NCBI RefSeq assembly: GCF_035576065.1
Contig: NZ_DATLWX010000006.1
Coordinates: forward strand, 73,042 to 137,041
Direction: 5' to 3'
Length of the DNA stretch: 64,000 bases
Source: Nocardioides sp.
Lineage (GTDB): Bacteria; Actinomycetota; Actinomycetes; Propionibacteriales; Nocardioidaceae
How positions within the stretch are numbered: position 1 is the first letter of the stretch; each line of letters opens with the position of its first letter. The notes below the pieces were generated by a model. That model had not been told where the DNA came from, did no database searches, and was given only the letters and a program-made list of their open reading frames with translations. This document shows positions 36,825 through 46,504 of the stretch, piece after piece. Position numbers and translations under genes: made by a program.

Positions 36825-36859
36825 GGAGGCCCCGGGACAGAGAAAGTGTCCCGGGGCCT
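36825..36859 (+). terminator. Strong hairpin after the moron gene
   Basis: 13-bp perfect stem GAGGCCCCGGGAC / GTCCCGGGGCCTC with a 9-nt loop, 5 nt after the stop. There is no U-tract. Confidence 0.55.
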
Positions 36860-36897
36860 CGCCCTCAACAGTACGACCAACAAGAACGGAGAACCAC

Positions 36898-37407
36898 ATG
36901 TCCAAGTCCATCCCGTGGAGCGTCCGTGTCGACTGGGACCACCCCGGCACCCTCGACCAACTCGAGGCCGCCCACATGCTCGAGACCTTGGCTGAGTTGC
37001 GCCCGGCTCTCGTCCTCGAGGAGACCGGCCTCCCAACGCGCTACAGCATCACCGTGCACGTCGACGAGGCCTCGCTGCGCAGCGCGATCAGCACCGCCCT
37101 TCGCCGCGTAGAGGACGCCACCGGCACGCGAGCCCGCGGCGTCGAGGCCCTCACGCAAGACACCGTGACACGGCAACTCGCCAAGCCGAACGTGCCCGCC
37201 CTGGTTGGGCACGCTGACATCGCGGACATGCTCGGAGTCAGCCGCCAGCGCGCAGGCCAGCTCGCCGACCGGCCCGGCTTCCCGCCGGCCGTCATGACCA
37301 TCAAGGCCGGACCGCTCAGGGTCCGCGACCAGGTCGAGGACTGGGCCCGCACCTGGGACCGCAAGTCCGGGCGCCCAGCCAAGACTCCCGGTCAGGTCGA
37401 CGCCTGA
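36898..37407 (+). CDS. Hypothetical protein with C-terminal AlpA/excisionase-like HTH
   Basis: 169 aa, with GGAG upstream of the ATG. The C-terminal half is LVGHADIADMLGVSRQRAGQLADRPGFPPAV...RVRDQVEDWA. Confidence 0.55.
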   Translation: MSKSIPWSVRVDWDHPGTLDQLEAAHMLETLAELRPALVLEETGLPTRYSITVHVDEASLRSAISTALRRVEDATGTRARGVEALTQDTVTRQLAKPNVPALVGHADIADMLGVSRQRAGQLADRPGFPPAVMTIKAGPLRVRDQVEDWARTWDRKSGRPAKTPGQVDA

Positions 37408-37577
37408 TGGGCGATGTGGACACAGGTGTCGTGAGGTACGACAGTGACCGGCTCGCACAACGGCTGGCGGCGATGCTGGACGGCTACGACGGGCCGGCAG
37501 GCCACCTCGGGCTGCCCGAGTTCCTGCAGGCGGCACTGGATGAGTACCGGGCGGCCGTGGCGGCAGAACGCGAGTAG
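37407..37577 (+). CDS. Hypothetical 56-aa protein
   Basis: Not in the track. The ATG shares one base with the preceding TGA, and GC3 is high. Confidence 0.4.
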   Translation: MGDVDTGVVRYDSDRLAQRLAAMLDGYDGPAGHLGLPEFLQAALDEYRAAVAAERE

Positions 37578-37765
37578 GTCAACAGCCAACACGCAACACC
37601 CTCGGTTGTTGACTACTCGGACAGAGTCAGGGAACATCTATGCCAGCGGATCCCGTATATCCGCACCAACCCCGGTGGCCCATTGGCCCCGGGGTTTCCT
37701 GTTCCCAGGCTGGGCCCGTGGACGGGGCTGTCCTGCGGGTCCGGCCTGGCACCAGGTGGTGAGCG

Positions 37766-38110
37766 ATGCCCCTTCGCCCCTGCCTCGGTTGCGGTCGCCC
37801 GTCCGATCAGTCCCGCTGTCCTGCCTGCCGATCGACCGTCAATCGTCACCGCGACCAGCTGCGCGGCACCTCGTCCGAGCGCGGCTACGACGCAGCCCAC
37901 CAAGCTGAGCGGCGCGAGTGGGAACCCAAGGTCGCGACCGGCAGCGTCGAGTGCAGACGCGCACCGTTCGGCCAGTGTGTCGGGCCCGCCCCGTTACTCC
38001 TTCCCAGCGAAGAGTGGCACCTCGGCCACCCGGACGCGGCCTGTCCTGCTGCCAAGGCGCCTGAGCACGTCGTGTGCAACGCTGGCGCACCGCGCCGACG
38101 CACTCCCTGA
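37766..38110 (+). CDS. HNH endonuclease (packaging-associated)
   Basis: 114 aa. CLGCGRPS...CPACR, RGYDAAHQAER, WHLGH...PEHVVCN. It lies immediately upstream of the terminase genes. Confidence 0.8.
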   Translation: MPLRPCLGCGRPSDQSRCPACRSTVNRHRDQLRGTSSERGYDAAHQAERREWEPKVATGSVECRRAPFGQCVGPAPLLLPSEEWHLGHPDAACPAAKAPEHVVCNAGAPRRRTP

Positions 38111-38277
38111 CCCCCACCCCCCAGAAAATCTGGGTGCCAAGGGGGGACAGACCCAAGGGGTACCTGAAAAGACTTCTGTACGGGTTCCAGACGGGATTCG
38201 TGTGCGCAGCCCGCCGCGCGGCCGCTTCCGCCGCCCCTACCTCGCAGCTGGCCGCTTGACCCGGGAGGTGATCGGCC
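38111..38277. other. Candidate cos/packaging-recognition region
   Basis: Non-coding gap between the HNH and TerS genes. It has C6...G6 blocks flanking the palindrome CCCAGA-aaa-TCTGGG (38120..38134) and A-tracts (agaaaatct, ctgaaaagactt). Confidence 0.3.
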
Positions 38278-38874
38278 TTGCCCGGACCTTCCTCCAACCC
38301 CAACGCGATCCGACGCAACGTCCGAGTCGGCCCGACCGTCCTGCCGGCCGAGGGCTTCAAGGGACGGATGCCGACCTGGCCCCTGCCTGACAACCCGAGG
38401 ATGGCCGCGCGGATCCGGCTCATCCAGGACGAGCTCGAGCTGCTTGAGGAACGCGACCTCGACGACGACCTGTCCCGCACCGAGAAGACGAAGCTCACCC
38501 GTACCCGTGAGCGCCTGGCGATCGCCGAAGCAGAGCGCGACGCCATCCTCGACACCGAGAAGGACCTCTGGCGTCGACTCTGGCGCACACCCCAGGCGTG
38601 CGAGTGGGCGCGACTCCGTTGGGACCGCGATGTCGCGCAGTACGTCCGGCACAAGGCGGCTGCCGAGATTGGTTCGCTCGAGGACAGTCGCGAGGCACGC
38701 CAGCGCGGTCACCACCTTGGGCTGACACCCAAGGGCATGAAGGACCTGATGTGGACGATCTCTACTGACCAGGTCGCCGAGCGCCGCGCGGAGAAGAAGG
38801 CCGAGAAGCAGGACGACGAGGTGTCGAAGCGGCGACGCGCTCGCCCCAAGGCCGTCGACGGGGGAGGGGCCTGA
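38278..38874 (+). CDS. Terminase small subunit (P27-like, tentative)
   Basis: 198 aa, positioned before TerL. It is coiled and charged, with a basic tail. Confidence 0.6.
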   Translation: MPGPSSNPNAIRRNVRVGPTVLPAEGFKGRMPTWPLPDNPRMAARIRLIQDELELLEERDLDDDLSRTEKTKLTRTRERLAIAEAERDAILDTEKDLWRRLWRTPQACEWARLRWDRDVAQYVRHKAAAEIGSLEDSREARQRGHHLGLTPKGMKDLMWTISTDQVAERRAEKKAEKQDDEVSKRRRARPKAVDGGGA

Positions 38875-40610
38875 TGCCGTGGCGTGGCCCACAGGAGCCG
38901 GGCGAGTTCCCCACGCTCGGGCACGTCGCGGCTGAGTGGATCGAGGAAGTGCTCTCCATCACCGACGGCCCGAAGATCGGTGAGCCGTTCCAGCTCTACG
39001 ACGAGCAGTACGCCCACCAGCTGCACCGGTACCGCATCGACCCAGGGGCCCCGGGCGACGCCGGCAACGAGGCCTTCGTCCGACGAGGGTCGATGTGGGT
39101 CCGCGGTCAGAAGTGGGGCAAGGACCCGATTCTCGCCGCGCAGTGTCTGTTCCACGCCTTCGGGCCGTGTGACTTCGCTGGCTACGACGCCAACGGCGAG
39201 CCGGTGGGCCGGCCCCATCCCTCCCCGTGGGTCGGGATCGCGGCGCTCAACGACAAGCAGGCGGACAACACCTGGCTCATCGTCAAGGCCATGATCGAGG
39301 CCTCCGAGCTGTACGACCTGCCCGGTGTCGAGGTGAACCTCGAACAGGCCCGGCTCCCGAGCGGCAACCCGATCGAGAAGTTCACCACCACCGCGTGGGG
39401 CCGCCTCGGTGGTCGCTTCACCAACATCTCGCTCACCGAGAACGGCCTCATGACCAACACTGGCGAGGCCGGTCAGACCGGCAAGCGGTCACCTCTCGCT
39501 TTCGCCCGCACGCTAATCCGCTCCGTCATCGGCATGAACGGCATGTGGCAGGCAGCCACCAACACGTGGGACCCCACCGAGCACTCCCACGCGCAAGAGG
39601 TCTACGAGACGCGACCCAAGGACGGGATGGGTCGCACCTACATCGACATCAAGTCGTCCCGCCGGCGTGTGGAGCTGGACGACGACGAAGGCCTGCGCGA
39701 CGAGTTGCTGTACCTCTACGGCGACTCCGCCCGCGAGAACGGCGGCCACGTCTCCGTGAAGAGCCTCGTCGCCGACGTCCGCGACCTGAGCAACGGCGAG
39801 GCCGAGTCCCGCCGCTTCTTCCTCTCCGAGTTCCTCGCCGGCGAGCGGCCGCTGGCCACCCCCGAAGCCTGGGGCGCGACCGCAGTCACACTGCCCGACC
39901 CCGACCCGCTCAAGCCCGGTGACCGCGTCACGCTCGGCTTCGACGGTTCCCGATCGCGGGACTGCACGGTGATCACAGCGTGCCGGATCCGCGACGGCCG
40001 CGTCGTCCACCTCCGCACCTGGCGCCCTGCCGACTACGAAGACCACAAGGTGCCGCGCCTGGAGGTCGACAAAGCCGTCCGCGACGCGTTCAAGGCCTAT
40101 GAGGTCTGGTACCTCTACGGCGACCCGTACCGGTGGCAGGACTACCTCGACACCTGGGCGGCACTGTTTCCCAACCGCGTCGTCGAGGTGCCGACCAACG
40201 TCGAGAAGCGCATGGACGAAATCATCGAGCGCTTCACCACCGCACTCCGCAACGACGAGATCAGCCACGGCGGACCCGAGGACGCCACCCTCACGACCCA
40301 CGTCGAAGGGTCGGCACTGGCCAAGGGCTCACGCAAGAAGGCGCGCGAGGACGAGGACGGCGGGCGCGTCGAGCACTACATGAAGGTCGTCAAGAAGCGC
40401 GACGACGGCTCAATCCACATCGACGCCGCGATCTCCATGCTCCTCGCCTTCGACGCCCGCGGCCGCGCGATCGAGGACGGCGCACTCGACGTCAGGCCCG
40501 TCCTGTCACCGGTCGGAATCTCGCAAGGCCTCGACGGCGGGAGCGACCCCCACCCGGACGACAGCTGGATCAGCGGCAACGTCCCGGACTGGAACAACCT
40601 GCCGCTCTGA
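38874..40610 (+). CDS. Terminase large subunit
   Basis: 578 aa. The assignment rests on size, position and overall pattern (ATPase N-terminus, nuclease C-terminus with ...ITACRIRDGRVVHL...DPYRWQD...IHIDAAISMLLA). Confidence 0.85.
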   Translation: MPWRGPQEPGEFPTLGHVAAEWIEEVLSITDGPKIGEPFQLYDEQYAHQLHRYRIDPGAPGDAGNEAFVRRGSMWVRGQKWGKDPILAAQCLFHAFGPCDFAGYDANGEPVGRPHPSPWVGIAALNDKQADNTWLIVKAMIEASELYDLPGVEVNLEQARLPSGNPIEKFTTTAWGRLGGRFTNISLTENGLMTNTGEAGQTGKRSPLAFARTLIRSVIGMNGMWQAATNTWDPTEHSHAQEVYETRPKDGMGRTYIDIKSSRRRVELDDDEGLRDELLYLYGDSARENGGHVSVKSLVADVRDLSNGEAESRRFFLSEFLAGERPLATPEAWGATAVTLPDPDPLKPGDRVTLGFDGSRSRDCTVITACRIRDGRVVHLRTWRPADYEDHKVPRLEVDKAVRDAFKAYEVWYLYGDPYRWQDYLDTWAALFPNRVVEVPTNVEKRMDEIIERFTTALRNDEISHGGPEDATLTTHVEGSALAKGSRKKAREDEDGGRVEHYMKVVKKRDDGSIHIDAAISMLLAFDARGRAIEDGALDVRPVLSPVGISQGLDGGSDPHPDDSWISGNVPDWNNLPL

Positions 40611-40629
40611 GACCCACGAGGAGGACCGC

Positions 40630-41934
40630 GTGACGATCATCCCCATCTCGCCCGACGTCACCCCTCCCCCGCAGCGCGAGCTCGGCGTCGGCAACACCGG
40701 AAGCCCCAGCAACCCCTCCGACTGGTGGAACTCACTCGAGCTCGAAAAGGTCCCCGAGCTGCGCTGGCCGAGCGCGTACAGCGTCTACGACGACATGCTC
40801 AACAGCCCTCAGGTCGCCGGCGTGTTCTCCGCCGTCATCCAGATGATCCTCGGCACCGGGTGGCGAATTGACGGGACCGGGTGCAACCCCGAGATCACCC
40901 GCCACGTCGCACGCGACCTCGCCCTGCCCATCGTCGGCGTCAGCGCCCAAGACGACGAGACCGCCCTGCCCGTCGAGGACAAGTTCTCCTGGGACGAGCA
41001 CGCCGAGATCTCCGTCGACGAGTACCTCCGCTACGGCCACTCGATCTTCGAGCAGAAGGCGATCGGCGGACCAGACGGGCCTGACGGTCTCTGGCACCTC
41101 GGCAAGCTCGGATGGCGCTCCGGTCGCACGATCACGAAGTACAACACCGCGCGCGACGGCGGCCTCATCTCCCTGGAGCAGAGCGCCATCACCGGCGTGC
41201 TGACCTCGCGAGCCAACAAGCCCACACCTCTTCCGGTGTCCCGCGTCGTCGTCTACGTCCGCAATCGCCGCGGCGGCAACTGGCGAGGCGAGTCCCTACT
41301 CCGTCCGGCCTACGGGCCCTGGATGATGAGCAGCCGCGCCCAGCGCATCGAGCTGGTCCTGGGCGAACGTGCCGGCGCCCCCGTCGTGGTCTACGAAGCC
41401 GGGGAGAAGGAAACAAGCCTGACCGCGGGCAAGGCGATCGCCACCTCGGTCCGCGTCGGCCGTGAGGCCGGTGTCGCCATCCCCCACGGAGCCAAGCTGC
41501 TCCTCAAGGGCATCGACGGCACCCTCCCCGACCTCGACAAGACCATCAAGCGTCACGACGAACGCATCGCCGGATCCGTGCTGGCCAACTTCCTCAACCT
41601 CGGATCACAGTCCGGCACCGGCTCATACGCACTGGGTGCCACGTTCTTCAACGCGTTCATGCTCGCGCTCCGCAAGGTCGCAAAGGACATCGCGCGTACC
41701 GCGAGCCGCCACGTCGTGGCCGACCTGGTCAAGTGGAACTGGCCCGGCGAGCGGGCCCCCCGCCTGGTGTTCGACGAGATCGGCGCCAACCGCGACGCCC
41801 TCGTGCAGGCCCTCGCCACCTTGGTGCAGGCCGGAGTGCTCACCGCCGACCAGGACCTCGAGACGTTCGTCCGCGCCGCGATCGGGATCCCCGGCATCGG
41901 TAGCGCGCCCCGACCCACCCAGGAGGACTCGTGA
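40630..41934 (+). CDS. Portal protein
   Basis: 434 aa, lying between TerL and the prohead protease. A GAGGAGGA RBS precedes the start. Confidence 0.8.
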   Translation: MTIIPISPDVTPPPQRELGVGNTGSPSNPSDWWNSLELEKVPELRWPSAYSVYDDMLNSPQVAGVFSAVIQMILGTGWRIDGTGCNPEITRHVARDLALPIVGVSAQDDETALPVEDKFSWDEHAEISVDEYLRYGHSIFEQKAIGGPDGPDGLWHLGKLGWRSGRTITKYNTARDGGLISLEQSAITGVLTSRANKPTPLPVSRVVVYVRNRRGGNWRGESLLRPAYGPWMMSSRAQRIELVLGERAGAPVVVYEAGEKETSLTAGKAIATSVRVGREAGVAIPHGAKLLLKGIDGTLPDLDKTIKRHDERIAGSVLANFLNLGSQSGTGSYALGATFFNAFMLALRKVAKDIARTASRHVVADLVKWNWPGERAPRLVFDEIGANRDALVQALATLVQAGVLTADQDLETFVRAAIGIPGIGSAPRPTQEDS

Positions 41935-43325
41935 GCAAGCGACCCAAGACCACGCCGACCCGCATCCGCACCGCCGCTGCCCTCAAAGCCGATGCGCGCC
42001 TCCTGTCCGGTGCGCGCTCGCGGGTCGCTCTGGCAGTGGCAGACGGTGAGGGCGACCCGGCACCCGACGCAGGCACGAAGGTCGGCGAGCTGTGGCTTTA
42101 CGGAATCGTCGGCGGCTGGTGGCGAGGCTTCGACGCCGAGTCGGTCTCCCGCGCGCTGCGGGCCATGGGCGACATCGACGTCCTACACGTGCGGATCCAC
42201 TCGCCCGGAGGAATCGCCCAGGAAGGCGTCGCGATCGCAAACCTGCTGCGCAACTTCGACGCGCAGGTGATCACCGTCATCGACGGCACCGCGGCGTCTG
42301 CCGCGTCGGTCATCGCGGTCGCCGGCGACGAAGTCGTGATGTGCCCTGGCGCCCAGCTGATGCTTCATGACGCCTCCACGGGGATGTACCTGTACGGCAA
42401 CGCCGAGGACCTTCGGAGCCAGGTCGTCGAGCTGCAGCGCCTCGTCGACTGGATCGACCACCAAAGCGAGAACTACGCCGGCATGTACGCCTACAAGGCT
42501 GGCGGCACCGCCGCCGAGTGGCGCCAAGTCATGACTGGCAACGGCATCATCGGCCAGTGGTACACGGGCGAAGAGGCGGTGGCCGCGAAGCTCGCAGATC
42601 GCGTCGGCACCATCACCGCAGTCGGCAGCCCCCCGGTCGCCCCGGACGAGGAGATCGACGACCTCGACGACCTCGACGATGAGCTGCTCGCCCGCGTCGA
42701 GCACGACCTACAGCTCCTCGAGCACCACGTGCCAGCCGCGGCCCGCGCCGCGTGGCAGGGCAACCCCGCTAAGCCGGCAACCAAGCCGGCCCCCAAGCCC
42801 CCGAACGCCTCCGCGGTCGGGTCCACCCACACCCAAGGAGGTTCTGCCGTGACGTTCAGTGACGAGCAGCTCACCACCATGCGGGAGTCCCTCGAGCTCG
42901 AGGAGACCGCGGACGAGGCAGCCATTCTGGCTGCCGTGCAGGCCGTGGTCGCCGAGAACCTCGAGGAGCGCCCCACTACCGAAACCGCCGGCGACGGCGA
43001 CGTCGTTGTCCCGGAGGTCCGGCTCAAGGACCTCGAAACCGCGGCCGCAAGCGGCGTCGCGGCCATGCAGAAGCTGCAGGCCATGGAGCGCGACGCGTTC
43101 CTCGACGCACACAAGTCGAAGTACCCGGCAACGTCCCGCGCGGACTGGTCGAAGCGCTACGACAAGAACCCCGAAGGCACGCGCGAGCTGCTCTCGGCGG
43201 CTGCCGATCTCGTCCCCACCGGCGAGCTGGGCCACGAGTCCGACGGACTCAACCGCGAGGACGGCGGCAACGCCACCCTCGACGACATCCGCAGCGACGA
43301 CAACTACAAGAACTGGAGGATGTGA
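41931..43325 (+). CDS. Prohead serine protease (ClpP/S49-like) fused to scaffold-like C-terminus
   Basis: 464 aa. ELWLYGIVGG...IHSPGGIAQEGVAIANLL...IDGTAASAASVIAVAGD...MLHDAS, followed by an acidic coiled C-terminal half. Confidence 0.8.
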   Translation: MSKRPKTTPTRIRTAAALKADARLLSGARSRVALAVADGEGDPAPDAGTKVGELWLYGIVGGWWRGFDAESVSRALRAMGDIDVLHVRIHSPGGIAQEGVAIANLLRNFDAQVITVIDGTAASAASVIAVAGDEVVMCPGAQLMLHDASTGMYLYGNAEDLRSQVVELQRLVDWIDHQSENYAGMYAYKAGGTAAEWRQVMTGNGIIGQWYTGEEAVAAKLADRVGTITAVGSPPVAPDEEIDDLDDLDDELLARVEHDLQLLEHHVPAAARAAWQGNPAKPATKPAPKPPNASAVGSTHTQGGSAVTFSDEQLTTMRESLELEETADEAAILAAVQAVVAENLEERPTTETAGDGDVVVPEVRLKDLETAAASGVAAMQKLQAMERDAFLDAHKSKYPATSRADWSKRYDKNPEGTRELLSAAADLVPTGELGHESDGLNREDGGNATLDDIRSDDNYKNWRM

Positions 43326-43326
43326 G

Positions 43327-43776
43327 ATGGCTCAGATCCCACAGGTCCGCAAGACCGGACCGAGGTCCTACCCCGCCGCTCAGACGATCGTCGGCGGCCA
43401 GGTCATCGAGGGCCGTGCTGCCAGCGTGGCCGGTGTCGCCGCCGACGCGTCGGTGCGAGTCATCGGTGTCGCCCTCAACGATGCCGTGGCTGTTCTCGTC
43501 ACCGACCCCGTCGGTGGTGTCCTCAACACCGCACCGACCGGCACCCGCGTCAACGTCGCTCACGGGGACGAGCTCCCCGTGACCTACGCCGTCGCAGCAG
43601 CCTTCGGTGACGCCCTGGTCGCAGCGGCCAACGGCCAGGTCCGCCCGTACCGGTTCACCGACCCCGACGGGGCCGGCCCTCTCGTGGCCGACACCGACCC
43701 TCGAGCCATCATCGGCCGCTGCACCGAGCTCGCCGGCGTTGCCGCCGGCGCGGTCGGTCTGGCCTGGATCTACTGA
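43327..43776 (+). CDS. Head decoration protein (DUF2190-like)
   Basis: 149 aa, positioned between the protease and the capsid gene. Gly/Ala/Val-rich beta pattern. Confidence 0.6.
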   Translation: MAQIPQVRKTGPRSYPAAQTIVGGQVIEGRAASVAGVAADASVRVIGVALNDAVAVLVTDPVGGVLNTAPTGTRVNVAHGDELPVTYAVAAAFGDALVAAANGQVRPYRFTDPDGAGPLVADTDPRAIIGRCTELAGVAAGAVGLAWIY

Positions 43777-43789
43777 GAAAAGGACCCTC

Positions 43790-44707
43790 ATGTCTCCCAC
43801 CCAGCTCTCCCTCACCAGCGGGCCCCAGATCTCGGTCCGGACCCTGCTGCAGAACCCCCTCATGATCCCCGCGCGGATCCTCGAGCTGCTCGACGGGCAG
43901 TTCATCGACGACATCCTCCTGCGCTTCGAAGGCAACGCCAGCGTCGTCGCCTTCGAGGAGGGCGCACCCGTCTTCCTCGACGGCGAAGTCGCCGACCTCG
44001 TCGAGTTCGAGGAGATCCCGGTCCTCGGCACCGGCTTCGGTCTGCCGCGCCTCGCCGTGGCGACCAAGAAGGGCGCCGGCGTCCGCGTCTCCGAGGACAT
44101 GAAGCGCGAGAACAACATCGGCGCGATCAACAAGCAGATCATTGCGCTGACCAACAGCATGATCCGTGCGCGGTTCATCGCGATGCGCCAGCTGCTGCTC
44201 AACCCGGCGATCCCGTCGTTCCCGGCCGCGGCTGCCTGGGACACCGTCAACGGCAAGCCGCGGCGCGACATCGCCCTGGCGCAGGAGATGGTCGGCGCGG
44301 CCGGCACCGGGCAGGACGACACGTTCGGCTACGAGGCCGACACGATCGTCTTCCCCGGCTCCATCACCCCGGTCCTGCTGGACAACTCGGACTTCCTGAA
44401 GGTGTACGGCGGCAACCTCGCCAGCGAGAACATCGCCTACACCGGCAAGCTGCCCCAGGACGTCATGGACATGGCCGCCCTCAAGGCACGGTTCTGGCCG
44501 GCCGACCGGGTCCTCGTGACGCAGCGGAAGACCCTCGGGTTCTACACCGACCCGCGTCCGCTGGAGGTGACGCCCATGTACCCGGAGGGCGGCGGCCCCA
44601 ACGGCGGGCCAACCGAGTCGCACCGCACCGACGCGACGATGAAGCGCACCGTCGGCATCGACCAGCCGAAGGCTGCCGTGTGGATCACGGGGGTGAAGAC
44701 GCCGTGA
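43790..44707 (+). CDS. Major capsid protein (lambda gpE-like arrangement)
   Basis: 305 aa, in the frame of track ORF 43607..44707. AAAGGA lies upstream of the ATG at 43790. Confidence 0.75.
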   Translation: MSPTQLSLTSGPQISVRTLLQNPLMIPARILELLDGQFIDDILLRFEGNASVVAFEEGAPVFLDGEVADLVEFEEIPVLGTGFGLPRLAVATKKGAGVRVSEDMKRENNIGAINKQIIALTNSMIRARFIAMRQLLLNPAIPSFPAAAAWDTVNGKPRRDIALAQEMVGAAGTGQDDTFGYEADTIVFPGSITPVLLDNSDFLKVYGGNLASENIAYTGKLPQDVMDMAALKARFWPADRVLVTQRKTLGFYTDPRPLEVTPMYPEGGGPNGGPTESHRTDATMKRTVGIDQPKAAVWITGVKTP

Positions 44708-45186
44708 GTGAGGTCAACGAGATCAAGGCTGGCAAGTACCAGCTCGTGGCGGTCCAGTGGGACCAGATCACGTCCAAGCCCGACGAGCCGCTGGACTTCA
44801 CGCGCCACACCCACGGCGCGATCGTTGAGCTCAGCGCCGCCGAGGCACGACGCCTGGTCGGCGCCGGCGCGGTGGTCAAGCCGGGGCAGCTGGAGAAGTC
44901 CAAGGCCGAGCGGGCCCGGGAGATCGCCGAGCAGGCCAAGGCGGAGTACGAGGCCGCCTTGGCGTCGCTGCCCGAGGACGTCCGAGCCGAGGTGGCTCCG
45001 GAGACGGTCGCTCCGCCCGTCCCGAACGGCACACCGGCGAAGTCCGCCTCGAAGGTGGACTGGGTGACCTACGCGACCGACGAGGCTCGAGGCGAACAAC
45101 GCCTCACCCCCGAGGACGCCGAGGCGGCGACCCGTGACCAGCTCGCGGAGAAGTACCTCGCTCCCGCGCCCGGCGGTGGCTCCTGA
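44704..45186 (+). CDS. Hypothetical head-associated protein
   Basis: 160 aa, with a GTGA overlap at 44704. Confidence 0.5.
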   Translation: MSEVNEIKAGKYQLVAVQWDQITSKPDEPLDFTRHTHGAIVELSAAEARRLVGAGAVVKPGQLEKSKAERAREIAEQAKAEYEAALASLPEDVRAEVAPETVAPPVPNGTPAKSASKVDWVTYATDEARGEQRLTPEDAEAATRDQLAEKYLAPAPGGGS

Positions 45187-45584
45187 TGAGCGAGGGCTAC
45201 ACGGTCGCTCAAGAGGGCGGCGTCTGGGCGCAGACCGAGGACGGGCCGATCCACGTCGAGCAGGGAGCCGGCGTGCCCAACACGGTCCTCGCGTCCGAGG
45301 TCACCCGGCTCGCGAACGGTGGCGTCCTCGAGGGATACGACATCCTCGACGTCGAAGCCGAAGTACTCCCCGAGGTCGCCAACCTCGCCGAGCTCAAGGT
45401 CCGGGTCGGCGACGACCCGGACACCGCCCGCCGCTTCCTCGACCAGGAAACCTCCAGGGAGACCCCACGCACGACATGGGTCACCCACCTCCAAGGAGTG
45501 ATCGACGCCGCCGGCAACACGTCCGACGCGACGACCGGCTCCGAGGACCTCGGCGGCGTCGCGGTCTCCGAGGACGGCGTCTAG
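45186..45584 (+). CDS. Hypothetical head-associated protein
   Basis: 132-aa ORF whose start shares one base with the preceding stop. Confidence 0.5.
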   Translation: MSEGYTVAQEGGVWAQTEDGPIHVEQGAGVPNTVLASEVTRLANGGVLEGYDILDVEAEVLPEVANLAELKVRVGDDPDTARRFLDQETSRETPRTTWVTHLQGVIDAAGNTSDATTGSEDLGGVAVSEDGV

Positions 45585-45587
45585 CTC

Positions 45588-46079
45588 GTGGCGCTCACCG
45601 GGATCCTCGAGGAGGTGACCCGCCCTCGCCTGAGCGGCGGGCACCTCCGCGAGCGGCAGTCCGAGATCTTGGACTCCACAGTCGCGGCGGTCATCGCTGG
45701 GTTCGAGGAGCTGGTGAGGAGCTCGTCCCTGCAGGTCGTGCTCCTCACCGGTCCCAACCCGCCGGCCGGCCCGCTGCGGGACCTCGCCGCGGAGATCATC
45801 ACCTTGGAAACGGCGTCTGCGATCGAGTACGGCGAGTTCCCCGAGCAGCAGGTTCAGGGCGAGGACGGCCGCGGCTACTTCCTCCACCAGAGAGCGCTCG
45901 AGCTCCTGGCTGACTTGACCCGCCGGATCGCTGACCTCGGCGGCGTGATCCCCGCCGACGGCGGCAGTGCCGGCGTCAGCCCCGGCCTCTCGCCTCTGGG
46001 CTCGTTCCCACCCGCGCTTCCGTACCCGGACCTGGTTGATGACACGCCGCGGACCGTCTGGTGGGGAGGTATCGCATGA
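45588..46079 (+). CDS. Head-tail connector/adaptor candidate
   Basis: 163 aa, assigned by position in the head-completion block. Confidence 0.45.
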   Translation: MALTGILEEVTRPRLSGGHLRERQSEILDSTVAAVIAGFEELVRSSSLQVVLLTGPNPPAGPLRDLAAEIITLETASAIEYGEFPEQQVQGEDGRGYFLHQRALELLADLTRRIADLGGVIPADGGSAGVSPGLSPLGSFPPALPYPDLVDDTPRTVWWGGIA

Positions 46080-46504
46080 GCATGCTGACGATCGAGATCG
46101 ACGACCGCGGCCCCCGCGAGCACCTCGACTCGATGATCGACCGACTCCTGAACCCGCGGCCCATGATGACAATGCTCGGCCACTCCCTCGAGGAGTACGA
46201 GCGCGAGGTCTTCCGGACTCGTGGATTCCGCTCCTGGGCGCCCGACGACGCTGACACCGTCGAGCAGAAGGGCGACTCCCGCGTCCTGGTCGACACCGGA
46301 CAACTCCTCCGCCAGCTGACCAGCGCCCGCGTCGTCGGTGACACCGTGGTCGTCGACCAGGGCGACGCGTTCTACGCCGGATTCCTGCGCGACGGCAAGG
46401 GCGGCATGCCGCGACGAGACCCGGCCCCGAAGCCGTCGCGTCGCCACGTCGAGCGCTGGGCCGACCAGGTCCTCGGCTACATCGTGACCGGCCGCACCCG
46501 ATGA
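46076..46504 (+). CDS. Virion morphogenesis / head-tail joining protein candidate
   Basis: 142 aa, with an ATGA overlap at 46076. Confidence 0.5.
   Translation: MSMLTIEIDDRGPREHLDSMIDRLLNPRPMMTMLGHSLEEYEREVFRTRGFRSWAPDDADTVEQKGDSRVLVDTGQLLRQLTSARVVGDTVVVDQGDAFYAGFLRDGKGGMPRRDPAPKPSRRHVERWADQVLGYIVTGRTR

Noticed and set aside
37839-38892. 271-aa and 335-aa minus-strand ORFs
   Set aside because: They are antisense to the HNH and TerS genes in a strictly forward late operon.
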